Shown piece by piece: positions 26,226 to 38,500 of a stretch of DNA of 64,000 bases. The notes beneath the pieces are model-generated. The model had not been told where the DNA came from. It saw only the letters and a program-made list of their open reading frames with translations, and made no database searches. Position 1 is the stretch's first letter; each line of letters starts with the position of its first letter. Source of the DNA: Octopus vulgaris (lineage: Eukaryota); contig OX597816.1 of assembly GCA_951406725.2 (NCBI GenBank), positions 38,626,001 through 38,690,000 on the forward strand, given 5' to 3'. The position numbers were made by a program, and so were the translations under genes.

Positions 26226-27005
26226 TGCTTTTTTTTTTTCAGTCATAGAGTTAGATTTATGAAGGTCTTCAGTAGAAAATCCTTCGAATTCTGACTCGCT
26301 GCTTGATATAATGAAATTCGTATCCATTTTTTGTCAGAATTACAAATTTTGAAAACACAATAGGAACAAATTTCGGAAAAAAATCTCCCATAATTCACGG
26401 AATTAAAATTACACTTCGATTTTTGTACCAAACTGTATTTGAAGTGTTTACGAAGTATAATACGTGTTTTCACGAATGTACTAAAGAGATTTACTCTGAT
26501 ATTCTCATTTAAATATGAATAGGTAAATTCGGGCGGTTTGGTAACGAAAGGGTTTATATAAGTGTCGTCTGTTTATACATAAACACTGTTTCATAGTTTC
26601 AGTTTAGTCTTCCTCAAATCACTGTCGCTAATTTACTCTCTTCCAAGAACATTTTCACTCACTGTTATCTGTTAGCTTCCCATACATTTTACTCATGTAT
26701 CTATCAGCGTGATAGACAGAAACAAATATTACATTTACTTTCATTTTATTCGTTGCCCACTGTGTGTGTGCGTTTGCGTGTGGTGTAAACCAGACTAAGA
26801 AAAGCATTTGACACACACACCAGAATGTGAGTTTTCTGTAAATTTTGCTTACTTGGAGTTTAAATTTTAAAAACTGGACCTGGCATGACGCGATGCATTG
26901 TACTCTTAAAACTGCTAGGTAAATTGTAATTGAAGAAATCCTATATTGTAGATTTGTATAACTCCCAAAGGGAGGCAGATAAAATCTGCCTTTTATAATA
27001 AGAGA
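26226..27005 (-). mobile_element. Second Helitron 5' segment carrying a piggyBac-type terminus (26226-26552)
   Basis: Minus strand a|tctcttattataaaaggcagattttatctgcc start; internal ccctttcgttacc TIR and acidic MDTNFIISSSESEFEGF ORF start. Confidence 0.6.
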
Positions 27006-28015
27006 TGATACAAGCTTTCATTTTTAGATGTATATAAAAAAAAAAAAGAAAGAGAGACACCCTATCTGTATTAGGCATTGTTGGAGGATATTCATCCTTT
27101 GTCCATTTAGACAAGGAATCCAGGCTCCTAGGAACTTTCAATCCCGAGGAAATTATGAAATCACATTTATTTTATACTCTCAAGTTTAAAAAAACCCTTA
27201 TATCATAGTTGTATAATCACTGCTTAATCCAAAGATGTAGTCAAAACATCTTAAATAAAAGGTGAGCTAAATAGAGAAATATGAATATTTTCTGAGCCGA
27301 TGTGAGGGTGTTGCATGGTGGATTGAAACATCATGTCTGCTACCCTTCAAAAACATGTAATCAAGGCAGTAATCAACTGCACCCTTACTAACCAGGCAAT
27401 ACTCTTGGGGATCCACTTTACCAATCAGCTTAGCATGAGTCATGATACCTTAACTCACGGGTAGAAGAGAATGAAGACATTAAGTTTAGATAGCTAATAA
27501 GTAACATGCTTACAGTCATACTAAATATTGCCTCCTATGCATGTTTGGTTAATTACAGCATTTTTTTTTCTCCTCCATTTCTGGCTTTATGCCAGTATAA
27601 CACCCAGACTACACATGATTAAACAAGACAGAAACTTATGTGTAAGTACAGAATGTAGAGTATGTTGTGTACAGAAGAATGCACCCTTGAATGACACAGT
27701 TCAATAGTAATAAAAAGCAGAAACTATGGTAAAAAAACCAGCCTAATTCTGTCATCATGTACTCTCAATTTGTAACCCATAACTTATATTTTTTACTCAT
27801 TGTTTCAGTCATTGGACAGCAGCCATGCTGGGCACTGCCTTGAAGAGTTTTAAACCAAAAAAATGACTCCAGTACCTATTTTCTAAAAGTTTAGTACTTA
27901 TTCTAGCAGTCATCTTTGCCAAACTGCTAAGTTACAAGGACATAAACAAATCAACACCAGTTGTCAAGCAGTGGTGGACAAACACAAAGACATGCACATA
28001 TACACTATTTATATA

Positions 28016-28270
28016 TCATCATTTAACGTCCACTTTCCATGCTAGCATGGATTAGACGGTTTGACTGGAACTGGAAAACCAGGGAGCTGCACCAGGTTCC
28101 AACACACACACACACACACACACACGCCAGGCTTTCACATACATTCTGTCTTCTGAATTCGCTCACAAGATATTGGTTGGTCTGGAGCCATAGGAGAAGA
28201 CACTTGTCCAAGGCACTGCACAGTGGAACTGCCCCAGAGCATGCTTCTTAACCACACACCCATACCTGCA
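28016..28270 (-). mobile_element. SINE: tRNA/CORE head plus RTE-like tail
   Basis: Tail catcatttaacgtccactttccatgctagcatgg; head gaagacacttgtccaagg...cttaaccacac. Confidence 0.75.
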
Positions 28271-28534
28271 TACACAGCCATGCCTATGGTTAATCATGAA
28301 ATATTATAACATATCACCTAAAATTAATCTCAATACTCATTATCATATCACAATACATAATAAATACATTATAATAACAAGAGGTTGATAAATTGCTAGC
28401 AACCTATAAAGCAAGACCAATTAATTAGTAAATGGTAATCAGCCCTCTTTTTCTTGTTCTATCTAACAGATTAGTTAGCTTTTTGATGTAACAGGATGCA
28501 TTAATATAGATAACTGACACTCCATTGATTAAAA

Positions 28535-28830
28535 CTAGGGTTCCAGGTGATCCAATCAATGGAACAGATTGCTTGTGAAATTAACGTGCAAGTGGCTGAG
28601 CACTCTACAGATACATATATTTCTTAACATAGTCCTCAGGGAGATTCAGCGTGACACAGAATGTGACAACGTTGGCCCTTATGAAATACAAATACTCATT
28701 TTTGCCAGCTGAGTAGACTGAAGCAACATGAAATAAAGTGTCTTGCTCAAGGACACAACACACCACCAGGAACTGAACTCCCCTTATGATCGTGAGCCAA
28801 ATACCCTAACCACTAGCCACATGCCTTCAC
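28535..28830 (-). mobile_element. tRNA-derived SINE
   Basis: aagtgtcttgctcaaggacacaac...ccctaaccactagccac (tRNA head on the minus strand). Confidence 0.8.
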
Positions 28831-29600
28831 AAATATAGATAAACACACACACACACACACACAAACAAAGTGCATCCAGTAGTGGAGCCCTGGTTTGGAA
28901 GTTACAATGTTTTGGAAGTTCCAAGGAAGGTGGAACCATCTCTTAGCTGCTATTGTTCCCAGGTCTACTCTGAACCAGTGTAGACCTTGATAATGGACGG
29001 ATAAACAGGCAACAAATTGTCAACAGTCAGTATCAACCAGTGCAGTTAGGGAACCACTGCTATCATCTGTAATCATGATATGTGCAGATGAGATAAATCA
29101 GCTAGTGAAAGACTAATGTGACTAAAACCCAAGCCAGATTTTCATTGCTATGAAGAAGACACCTGATCAGATGATGAAGATGAAACCATAGCTGTTATTC
29201 AGATTCAAGTATGACTCGGTATAGCATGTACCATGCTTTCAATAATTATTTTAGGTGTTTACATAGTCAAAAGCAGACACAGACAACCTCTTACTACGCC
29301 CACCTTTGAACCATTGAAACATCCAGGATATGACAACTAGATAGAAAGGATATACCAACATTCAAACTCAATGCAAAGACCTAGAACAAAAATGCTGCAA
29401 TAAATGCATTTTATCCAAGATTCCTCAATACTGCAAATCAATCACCTTTATATATATATATATATCTTCTAGCAAACTCGATGAGAAGAAGTTGGTCAAC
29501 CCAAGGTTGCAAAAGAAAACACTTGAAGTGTTCTTCAGTAGAATAGAACCAAAAGGTAATTATTTGAAAAGGAAACCTCTTTACAACATAGCAATGCACT

Positions 29601-29635
<35 letters not shown>

Positions 29636-29767
29636 GTTCATGTCTTAAGAATTTAGAAACTTAAAGGGAATGCAAAATAATTTGTTTTTAACAGTTGAAC
29701 TAAAAATAAAGTTTTACATAAGAAACATGTAAATGTTGGGTTAAAAAACCCTTATGGATAGAAGTTG

Positions 29768-29816
<49 letters not shown>

Positions 29817-29821
<5 letters not shown>

Positions 29822-30124
29822 TAGTTGAGTTAGAGGATAAAATAACCATCTAAGGGATAAAAGTATTCAAAATACTACTGGTATATAACATTATATCAAA
29901 CAAGGGCAAAAATGTTATGCTCATAAATTATAGGTAAAGACAAGGATAAACAGGAGCTTATAAGGAATCAAAATTTAAAGGAAACAAAATGGTGATAACA
30001 TTGATGAACAACAATTGATTTGCATCAATTATTATTTACTAATAATTTAAATTCTTTTTGTACATTATTAATAAATAATAATTGATGCAAATCAATAGGT
30101 GTTCATCAATGCTATCTCCATTTT
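29817..30124. mobile_element. Penelope-like-derived insert with terminal palindrome (arms 29986-30046 and 30064-30124)
   Basis: 61-bp arms with about 5 mismatches; 5' part homologous to 10751-10818; flanked by (TA)n. Confidence 0.65.
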
Positions 30125-30143
30125 CTTTATATATATGTATACA

Positions 30144-30174
<31 letters not shown>

Positions 30175-30339
30175 TTTAAAGCAGCAGAAAATTCAACAAA
30201 ACCTGTTACTCTGAGTTTCCCGGCAACAGAGTAACAGGTTTTGTTGAATTTTCTGCTGCTTTAAATAAAGCATATTACTCTACCACTGGTATTTGAGTAC
30301 TCTTTTTTCCACCTTGTTTCACATTTATGTGTTTACTCC

Positions 30340-30341
<2 letters not shown>
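30175..30341. mobile_element. Palindromic insert with perfect 39-bp arms (30175-30213 and 30227-30265)
   Basis: Exact inverted repeat with a 13-nt loop; the minus strand reads GAAAC-TCAGA-GTA at the turn; flanked by (TA)n. Confidence 0.75.
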
Positions 30342-30387
<46 letters not shown>

Positions 30388-30686
30388 TTGATGTCTGCAT
30401 GCTTGTTTTGATGTCACCATTTTACCAAATTTCATAATGAGGTTCAGGTGCAATTTAGAATAACGCATGCACACACACAAAAAAAAATAATCCCGGATTC
30501 AAGGTCCTCTTAGAAGACAGATTCAAGAAAAGAAATGTTGAAAAACTGATAGTTGTAACAGAGTGGTAAGCACTCCCCACTTTCTCTATGTCTCATGTTA
30601 ATTCTCCTCTCACCACCACCACCACCACCACCATATGAATAAAGAGATTTAAGTACAAAAATTGTATTAGGAGTGTGACAGGTTTC

Positions 30687-30737
<51 letters not shown>

Positions 30738-31432
30738 CAACAAAAAACAAATTAATGCAAGAGAGAGGGAAATAGTATGAGAACCAAAGAATGTCCATAG
30801 TTAGAAACAAGTGTGTGTGCACCAGGATTTAATTTTAGGATAGATCTAGTCTACTAAGCTGTCAACTTCTATATTCACATGTATGTATTTTATATCAAAA
30901 GATGACAACAAAACCGTGATAATATTAAAAGTATATAAAAACAACAAAATTGTAGCAAAAAACCCAAAAAAAAAAACTATCTTCTAAATGCAAAAGAAAC
31001 TGCTGAATCACCTGAAACATGCACATAATAGTCACACATAGAAACATATATCTGTAGTGTTACACACACAAGCACATCAGTGCAAAAAGAAGGTGGAGAA
31101 AATAGCAGCTAGTGAAGTCTTTTCAGCTTAAAAGAAAGAAACAAAAAAAAAAAGAAAGAAACACTATACATCTTATAGTCACACATACAAACACATTTAT
31201 TTATTGTCTGTGCTATTCTAAAACTGGGATATAAAGAGAAAATTCATGCACACATACACACATGTATGTATATGCATATATTTATATGAATATATAGTGT
31301 ATATATGCATATAAATATATATTCATATATATATATAAAAATATAGAGAGTATATATACATATAAATATATAAATAAATAGAGAGTATATATACATATAA
31401 ATATATACATATATATATATATAAATATAGAG

Positions 31433-31463
<31 letters not shown>

Positions 31464-32534
31464 ATATATGCATATGTGTGTGTATATATATATGCATATA
31501 TCTGTGCATATAAATGTATACATATGTGTGTGTGTATATATATATGTATATATATATACACACATACACTGACATGTATGTATGTGTGTGTGTGTTTGAG
31601 AGAGAGATCATTATCTTAGAACCACTACCCAAGCTGGTATAAGCTGGACAGGTATAACCAGTCCAAATTGGTTCTCATTTGGAGTTACTGCCCTCTTAGA
31701 TTGGAAGAAGAAATCTCTTTGGCACATTCTATTTTGATAAGGTTTCTACAGCTGGAAGCTCTTCCTAACACAAACCACTTTATACAGAATATACTGACTG
31801 CATGGTGCCAGCACTAGAGAGGTTGCTATGTCCTCAACAGAACAAGACTAAAGGATCCTTCTCAAAACTACATTTTAACTTCGTCTGCCAGCCCCTTTAC
31901 AAAGTGTATGAAGTATATTATATTGTGGCACTAGCAAGCTGTTCCATTGATTGGATCAACTGGAACCCTAGTTGTAATCGATGGATTGCCAGTTATCTAT
32001 ATTAATGCATCCTGTTACATCAGCTGTAGAAACCAAGCCAAAATAGACTGGACCCTGGTGCAGCTCTCTAGCTTACCAGCCCCAGCCAAACTGTTTTGCC
32101 CATATCAGCATGGAAAATAGACATTAAATGATGATGTTAATAAGCAAAGTAAATACAAATAACAAAAACCAACCAAGTCCAAGGGACATTGACAGTTACT
32201 GTTATGAGACTGACACTCAAGCAAGGGAAAAAAAAGTTATAAAGTTAAAGCATATTGTTTTGGACCTGATCCTTTGTTGGATATTAAAATAAAAGCCTAG
32301 GGGAGACTGGGGAGAGATGGAAGGGAGGAAAGGAAATAAAATGACAGGTAGGGAAAATGCATGGGTTATGCTCACATGTTTGACTTCTGACTAACCGGAA
32401 GAGTGAGAGATAATTGTGGTTTTAATGGTAAGAAAATGATACAGGAGTGTCCACTAGCATGTCTGAGTGTACTTATGTGTAGGGTGCTTGTATGTAGAAT
32501 GTGCATGTGTGTAGGTGCATGCATGCACATATAT

Positions 32535-32748
32535 ATTTCAAATTTTGGCACAATGCCAGTAATTTCAGGGGGAGGGGGATAAATCGATTACATTGACCCC
32601 AGTGTTCAACTGGGATTTATTTTATTGACCCCCAAAAGGATGAAAGGCAAAGTTGACAATGGTATAATTTGAATTCAGATCATAAAGACAGATGAAATGA
32701 TGCGAAGCATTTTTGCCCGGCATACTAACAATTCTGCCAGCTTGCCAC

Positions 32749-32750
<2 letters not shown>
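32535..32750 (-). mobile_element. tRNA-derived SINE (2166-2372 family)
   Basis: tttcaaattttggcacaa...ccccaaaaggatgaaaggcaaagttgac...attctgccagcttgcc. Confidence 0.85.
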
Positions 32751-32795
<45 letters not shown>

Positions 32796-33344
32796 TCTTT
32801 TATTCCTATTCTTTTACTTGTTTCAATCATTTGACTGTGGCCATGCTGGAGCACTGCCTTAAAGGGTTTTAGTTGAAGAAATCAATGCCAGAACTTATTC
32901 TTTGTAATATTCTTTGTGTGTGTGTGTGTGTGTGTGTATTAGCCCACCTTTCATCACCATTCTCATGTTAACACATGTTCTGCCATGCTCGCATGGGTGG
33001 AGGGGCCTTCACCACTCTGTGGTCACTAATTGAAAGTTTGTTGTCTCTTTTATTAGATACAATATCTCAGGATCAGTCTCCACCACTTCGCTCTGAGTTT
33101 TCTTCAGTCCCCATCTTTCTGCATGTTCATTCCCTACATCTTATACACTTTATCTCATTCTTCTTGTAACCAGCTTTTTCTCTCAGCTCATTTGTATTCC
33201 ATTGGTCATGTACACTAACACTGTACATTTGGCAGAACACATTTACTTAATTTCTTTCTAGTCTTTGCAAGTTCTCTGCATTCAATGAGGCACTGCACTT
33301 TGTACACAATCGCATGCATACATATCCCTGTATCAACCACACTA

Positions 33345-33590
33345 TCAGACACTGTTATAAACTGCTGGTCATAATGTGCATCTTCACACTGTTGTAGCTT
33401 TCAAACGATGCCAGCCCACTGACCAGATGGGCAGGCCAACATTGCCCCTGAATGGAACTCATCTATAGCTGAATGGACTGGTGCAAGGTGAAATGAAGTA
33501 CTTTGCGCAAGAATACAACACACTACTGGTCTAAAAATCAAAACCACGATCGCAAAATGCTAAGTGCATCACCTCACCACTAGGCCACAT
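33345..33590 (-). mobile_element. tRNA-derived SINE (19945-20195 family)
   Basis: Homology to 19945-20195. Confidence 0.7.
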
Positions 33591-33611
33591 GCTTTGTGTG
33601 TGTACATGTGA

Positions 33612-33664
<53 letters not shown>

Positions 33665-33737
33665 TATATAATACACACATATATATATATACACACACTC
33701 ACACACATATACATACACACACACATATATATATATA

Positions 33738-33880
33738 TCATCATTTAACATCCATTTTCCATGCTGGCATGGGTTGGACACAGCTTGACAGGAACTGGTA
33801 AGGCCAGGATCTGCACCAAGTTCCATAATCTGCTTTGAGTTGGTTTCTATGGTTGGATGCTCTTCCTAATGCCAACCACT
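33738..33880 (-). mobile_element. RTE-tailed SINE fragment (similar copies at ~20471-20740, 39368-39590, 40360-40560)
   Basis: catcatttaacatccattttccatgctggcatgggttgga...ggatgctcttcctaatgccaaccac. Confidence 0.75.
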
Positions 33881-33927
<47 letters not shown>

Positions 33928-34164
33928 GAGAGAGAGAGAGGTAGAAGTTTGAGAAATAGAATTCAGTATTCTAGAGTATGGATATTCTGTTTAGTTATAA
34001 AGCAGCAAGTGACTCAACGTCTGAGAGTTTTGTTCATTGTGAACCATGTGTACATTATGTATTAATGTGTGTGTGAAAGTGCATGTGTGTGTGTATATGT
34101 ATTACCTCTCTCTCTCTCTCTCTATCTATCTATATATATATATATTCACAAATATATGCATGCA

Positions 34165-34195
<31 letters not shown>

Positions 34196-35129
34196 CCATT
34201 CACACAAAGCTATTCATAAATACAAATTCACATGTTTACATAGCCACTGTCATAGAGTTATTGACACAAAGACATTAGTTACAGGACAGTAAAAAACATA
34301 GCAGTCAAGTCAAACTCTGTTGGTAGATACAACTGAATGCCAACAAGATCTCTATCAAATTACACAATATCTTGTAACTCTGAAAATTCAAGTACACCAC
34401 CAACTACATATGGACACGTGAGCAGCACAGAGTCTAGTTGGTTCCCAAATGTTTTAAATTCAATCCAGTTCAATTCACTCCATTTCATTGCATTTCATTG
34501 AATTTCATATCTTGATATTTTGTTACTGACACAGCCTTAGAGTTTGTGGCGTTTGTTTTTCAAAGCACTGAATAGCTTCACTAAAGAGACTAGTTGCTAG
34601 AAATGATACTAAGAAGTACCAATAAAGTCACATACTAATAACTACTAACTGTAGTCTCAGTCTAGACGTCAGTTGGGCTGCTGTGCAGCAGTAATTTCAA
34701 ACAGCTAGTGCATGTACTCAGCACCTCAATCAAAGGAAAGAGTAAACCCATAGTACATTATTATACTGCTGTCTGTCTATCGAGTGAAGTCTGCTCCAGG
34801 GTAGTACTGGTGATATGGTAGGGTCTAGGGAGGTAACGGTTGCAGACAAATAACCTTTCACATCCATAAATGCATCTATTTGAGTAGGAAATTAAATTAT
34901 ATACACACATTATACACCATGTGTAAGATAGGATAAACATCTATATATAGGTAATAAATACAGACACGCATATATATATACCAACATGCACCTTAAGAGA
35001 GACAAATATATATATAAATATAACTACATATATACATATACTTATTATATACAACACACACATGTATATGCACATGCACACACAAATATACACATATATA
35101 ATTCTTGCTATTATTATCATTATTAGTTG

Positions 35130-35915
35130 AGTGTTGAACTGGCAGAATGATTAGAGCATTGCAACAAAATGGGTGCAGTATTTGCTCTATCACTTACATT
35201 CTGAGTTCAAATTCCAGATCTAAACTTTGTCTTTCATCCTTTCAGGGCTGTTAAAATAAAGTACCAGTCACCTACTGAAGTGAAGAGTTTGATTACATTA
35301 CCCTTTCATTACTGATGGCCTTGTGCCTAAATTAGAAACAAATATTACTCTAATGAACTAATAGAATAGTTAGAGCTGAAATAGAATGCCTTGTGGTATT
35401 TTTTCTGACTTTTTACATTCTGAGTTCAAATCCCACTTGGTTCAACTTTGCTTTTATCAGTGATAGATTGGCATGCCTCTTTCATCCATATTTCTGGTCT
35501 TGTATCTAAGTTAAAAATCATAATTATTCCAGTTATTAAGGCAGTATCATTAAAATGTTGGACAACATGCTTGGTGTTATTTGTTCCAGATCTTTATATT
35601 CTGAGTTCAAATCCTGCATTTCCTCTCTCCAGCTTTGATAAAATTAAGTGCCAGTGGGGCAATGTAATCAACTAACACTATCCCCTCAAAATTGCTGGAA
35701 TTATACCCAGTTATTTTTATAAGGTGGGCAGAATCCTTAGTGCTTTGGACAAAATGCTTAGCACATTTCTTTCCGGCTCTTTACATTCAAATTCTGCCAA
35801 GGTTAACTTTCATTCTCTCAGGATCAATAGAAGAAAGCACGGGTGAAACACTGGAGTTGATGTAATCAACTAGCTCCCTAAACCCAAATTTCAGGCCTTG
35901 TACCTACAGTAGAAA
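35130..35915 (+). mobile_element. Head-to-tail cluster of old, CpG-depleted SINE units
   Basis: Repeated ttacattctgagttcaaat / gccttgt.cct units. Confidence 0.75.
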
Positions 35916-37105
35916 GAACTATATTATGGTAAGCATTCTGGTAAGCCATGCTTAGCTTCAGCTCCAGAAAATTTATAAATAAACTGATGTTTCACCCTGA
36001 AATTCACTGTTTCTTGTTGATTTTTGAATGATGGTGGGGAGTAAGTGATCCACTAACTGCTTATGAGTTCCTTTTGATATAAAGTTTCCATTTCTTGGGA
36101 GACTTTCCAATATAATCTTTGCATCAAATGGAAAACTGTTTTCCTTTCAATTTTTCATCATAGATTCAAAATAATCTTCAAGGGAAGAAGGTACATCAAT
36201 GAATGAAGAGGAGAGAGAAAAGAGAGTAACATTAATATTATGAGGGAGCAGGAGAGAAAAACGGTAAGCAGTGTTGCTGTTGAAAGAAGTGAATCTGTAT
36301 GGTTTGATCGCGAAGCAGACAATGGAATCAACAACATGGACAATATTGACAAATTTCCATCTTTATCAACAAGCCACATCCCAAAATTTAGACCTTTACA
36401 ACCATCAACCTAATCACTTCATGCACCACCATTGACACCATTCGCTTTGGCCTCTGGAAACACTACCATGACCACCACCAAAAACAACAACGGCACACAA
36501 CAACTCCAGCAGCATGAGCTGCAGAAAAATAAACAACCACGATAACACCGACAACAACAGTAGCAGGGGTGATAAGCAGTGCAAACCAAGGATGAGTTAT
36601 TCCACAACAACTACCTTCATAAGCAGGACATGTTGGGCATGCAGATAAGTGTCCTTTGAGTTCAACAATTCAGGGAATCAACTACACCCACAACCTACAG
36701 ATCCACTTTTTATTCCTGGTATGAACTTGGTGGATACAGAAAGCTTATCGTGATGTGGAGAATATGAATCCATCACAAAAGACATGATTGAAGGGGGACA
36801 ATAGGGAGACAACACTTGAATTAGTGGTGAGGGTGACTGGCTTTGTGGAGTTTCCATGAGTAGCCTTTAGAAGCCCCTATCTTTGGGGGAATTATTACTG
36901 AAATTTATGTAGCTTATTCTTTTCTTTATGTACTCTTTCTTATAATCCCACATTGGGGATAGTATAGAACAATAGTTCTATACTATCCCTAATGTTTTCA
37001 TGAACCCTTAGTGGTTAATAAGGACATTAATATTTATTTATTTAGCAACACACTATTACAGATAAAGAGATTCTCCTGTGTCATTTTTTGAAGATCAGTG
37101 GTATC

Positions 37106-37318
37106 ACAGTTCTATATATTTAAAAGATGAGAAATTATGTACATTATTTACATTTGACAGATATTTGTCCTCATTTTGTTTGTTGTTAACACAACGTTTC
37201 GGCTGATATACTCTTCAGCCTTCATCAGGTGTCCTGATGAAGGCTGGAGAGTATATCAGCCGAAACGTGTTAACAACAAACAAGATGAGGACAAATATCC
37301 GTCAAATGTAAATAATGT
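37106..37318. mobile_element. Palindromic Penelope-like retro-insert with 12-bp target-site duplication
   Basis: Inverted arms 37140-37229 and 37233-37319; direct repeat atcagtggtatc at 37094-37105 and 37319-37330. Confidence 0.85.
37188..37233 (-). ncRNA. Minimal type I hammerhead ribozyme
   Basis: Minus strand: GACAC-CUGAUGA-A-GGCUG(aagaguauau)CAGCC-GAAAC-GUU^GUGUU; stem I GACAC/GUGUU, stem II GGCUG/CAGCC; stem III replaced by the palindrome AACGUU. Confidence 0.8.
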
Positions 37319-37569
37319 ATCAGTGGTATCCATCAACATGTGATCAATTAGATCGTTTTCTTTACGAGGAAGGAAAGTTGATTATATTCACCCGAGTGCT
37401 TCACAGGTACTTATTTGTTGAACCTTAGACATTTGAAAACACAGCAATTGGAACTCAGAACAACCAAGGTCATAACTGAATACTACAGAAATGCTTTTTG
37501 TCTGATGTTCTAATAGTTCTGCCACTCTATTGCTCAATATTTACTCATTCATTCATGCATGCATGCATA

Positions 37570-38500
37570 CATAAATTACATGCTTTTTTATATATTGGTA
37601 AGACAGCTTTTCCTTTGATATATTGCATTAAAAAACATGACTAGTCTATTTTTAACATTTTTCTTTCTTTTTTATCAAGGTTACATCATAATTGCATGTA
37701 TGTTCCTCAGAATTTGTTTGGAACAGTAAAGTTCTTAAATCCATCACCAACATTTCTAAATTTTCATAGTCTCTACTTCAAATGTTGGCGCCTCTTTATA
37801 GTCGGCAGGGCCAATGTGATTAGTATAGAAATTATCACCAGAATTAAATTTTTGTTTTTGCAAGTGTTAGATTTTCTATATCACCAGTTAGGTGTTTCTT
37901 TTCATTCTTGATTTTTGTATATGGTCTGTGTGTTTATGGAAGCACTGTGATATATATCATGGCCATTGTTAATCATCTAAATTTGAAGGAAATTCTGTAA
38001 AGTATAAACATGTAGCCTCCTGTTTTCCTGTCTACTTTCGTCTTGTGTAGAGTCATGCATTGCAGGTGCTTCTTGCTTTCAGTGCATAGTGAGCTGGCAG
38101 AAAGTGTCTTATGTGTATGGGCAATATAACAGTTGTAGTCATGAAGTTAATAACTTTTCCATTTACAATCAAATTTATAAATGACATTGGTCACTAACAA
38201 CTTGCCTCCTGGTTTGTTATTGATAAGGTTAACAATTGTAGTGCTTTTTGCAGTATATTTTAGCACTAATTTCTGATTTGAAATAATGCATTTTGTTCTG
38301 CTTCAAGAGGTCTTTGATCAGGTCTTCTTTCATTTGTTGCATAGTGTGTATTTGATTCATATAGAACATTTTATATATGGTTTCTGTATTTTTAACAGAT
38401 GTGGTTTACGTGTTTTTCTGTATAATATTAATAGGTGTGGTTCATGTATGGTTTGTCTATTTTTAAAACAAATTTGCATTTTTCACAACACTCATAAGGT
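37570..38500 (-). mobile_element. Decayed Penelope-like retroelement ORF C-terminus with GIY-YIG endonuclease
   Basis: Minus strand IYKMFYMNQ...EDLIKDLLKQN, then NVIYKFDC(38190)...CYIAHTHKTLS / QLTMH*KQEAP; stops and frameshifts; boundaries approximate. Confidence 0.75.

Noticed and set aside
37234-37272. Plus-strand hammerhead copy as an independent active ribozyme
   Set aside because: Lacks the 3-nt cleavage triplet after GAAAC and has no stem I partner
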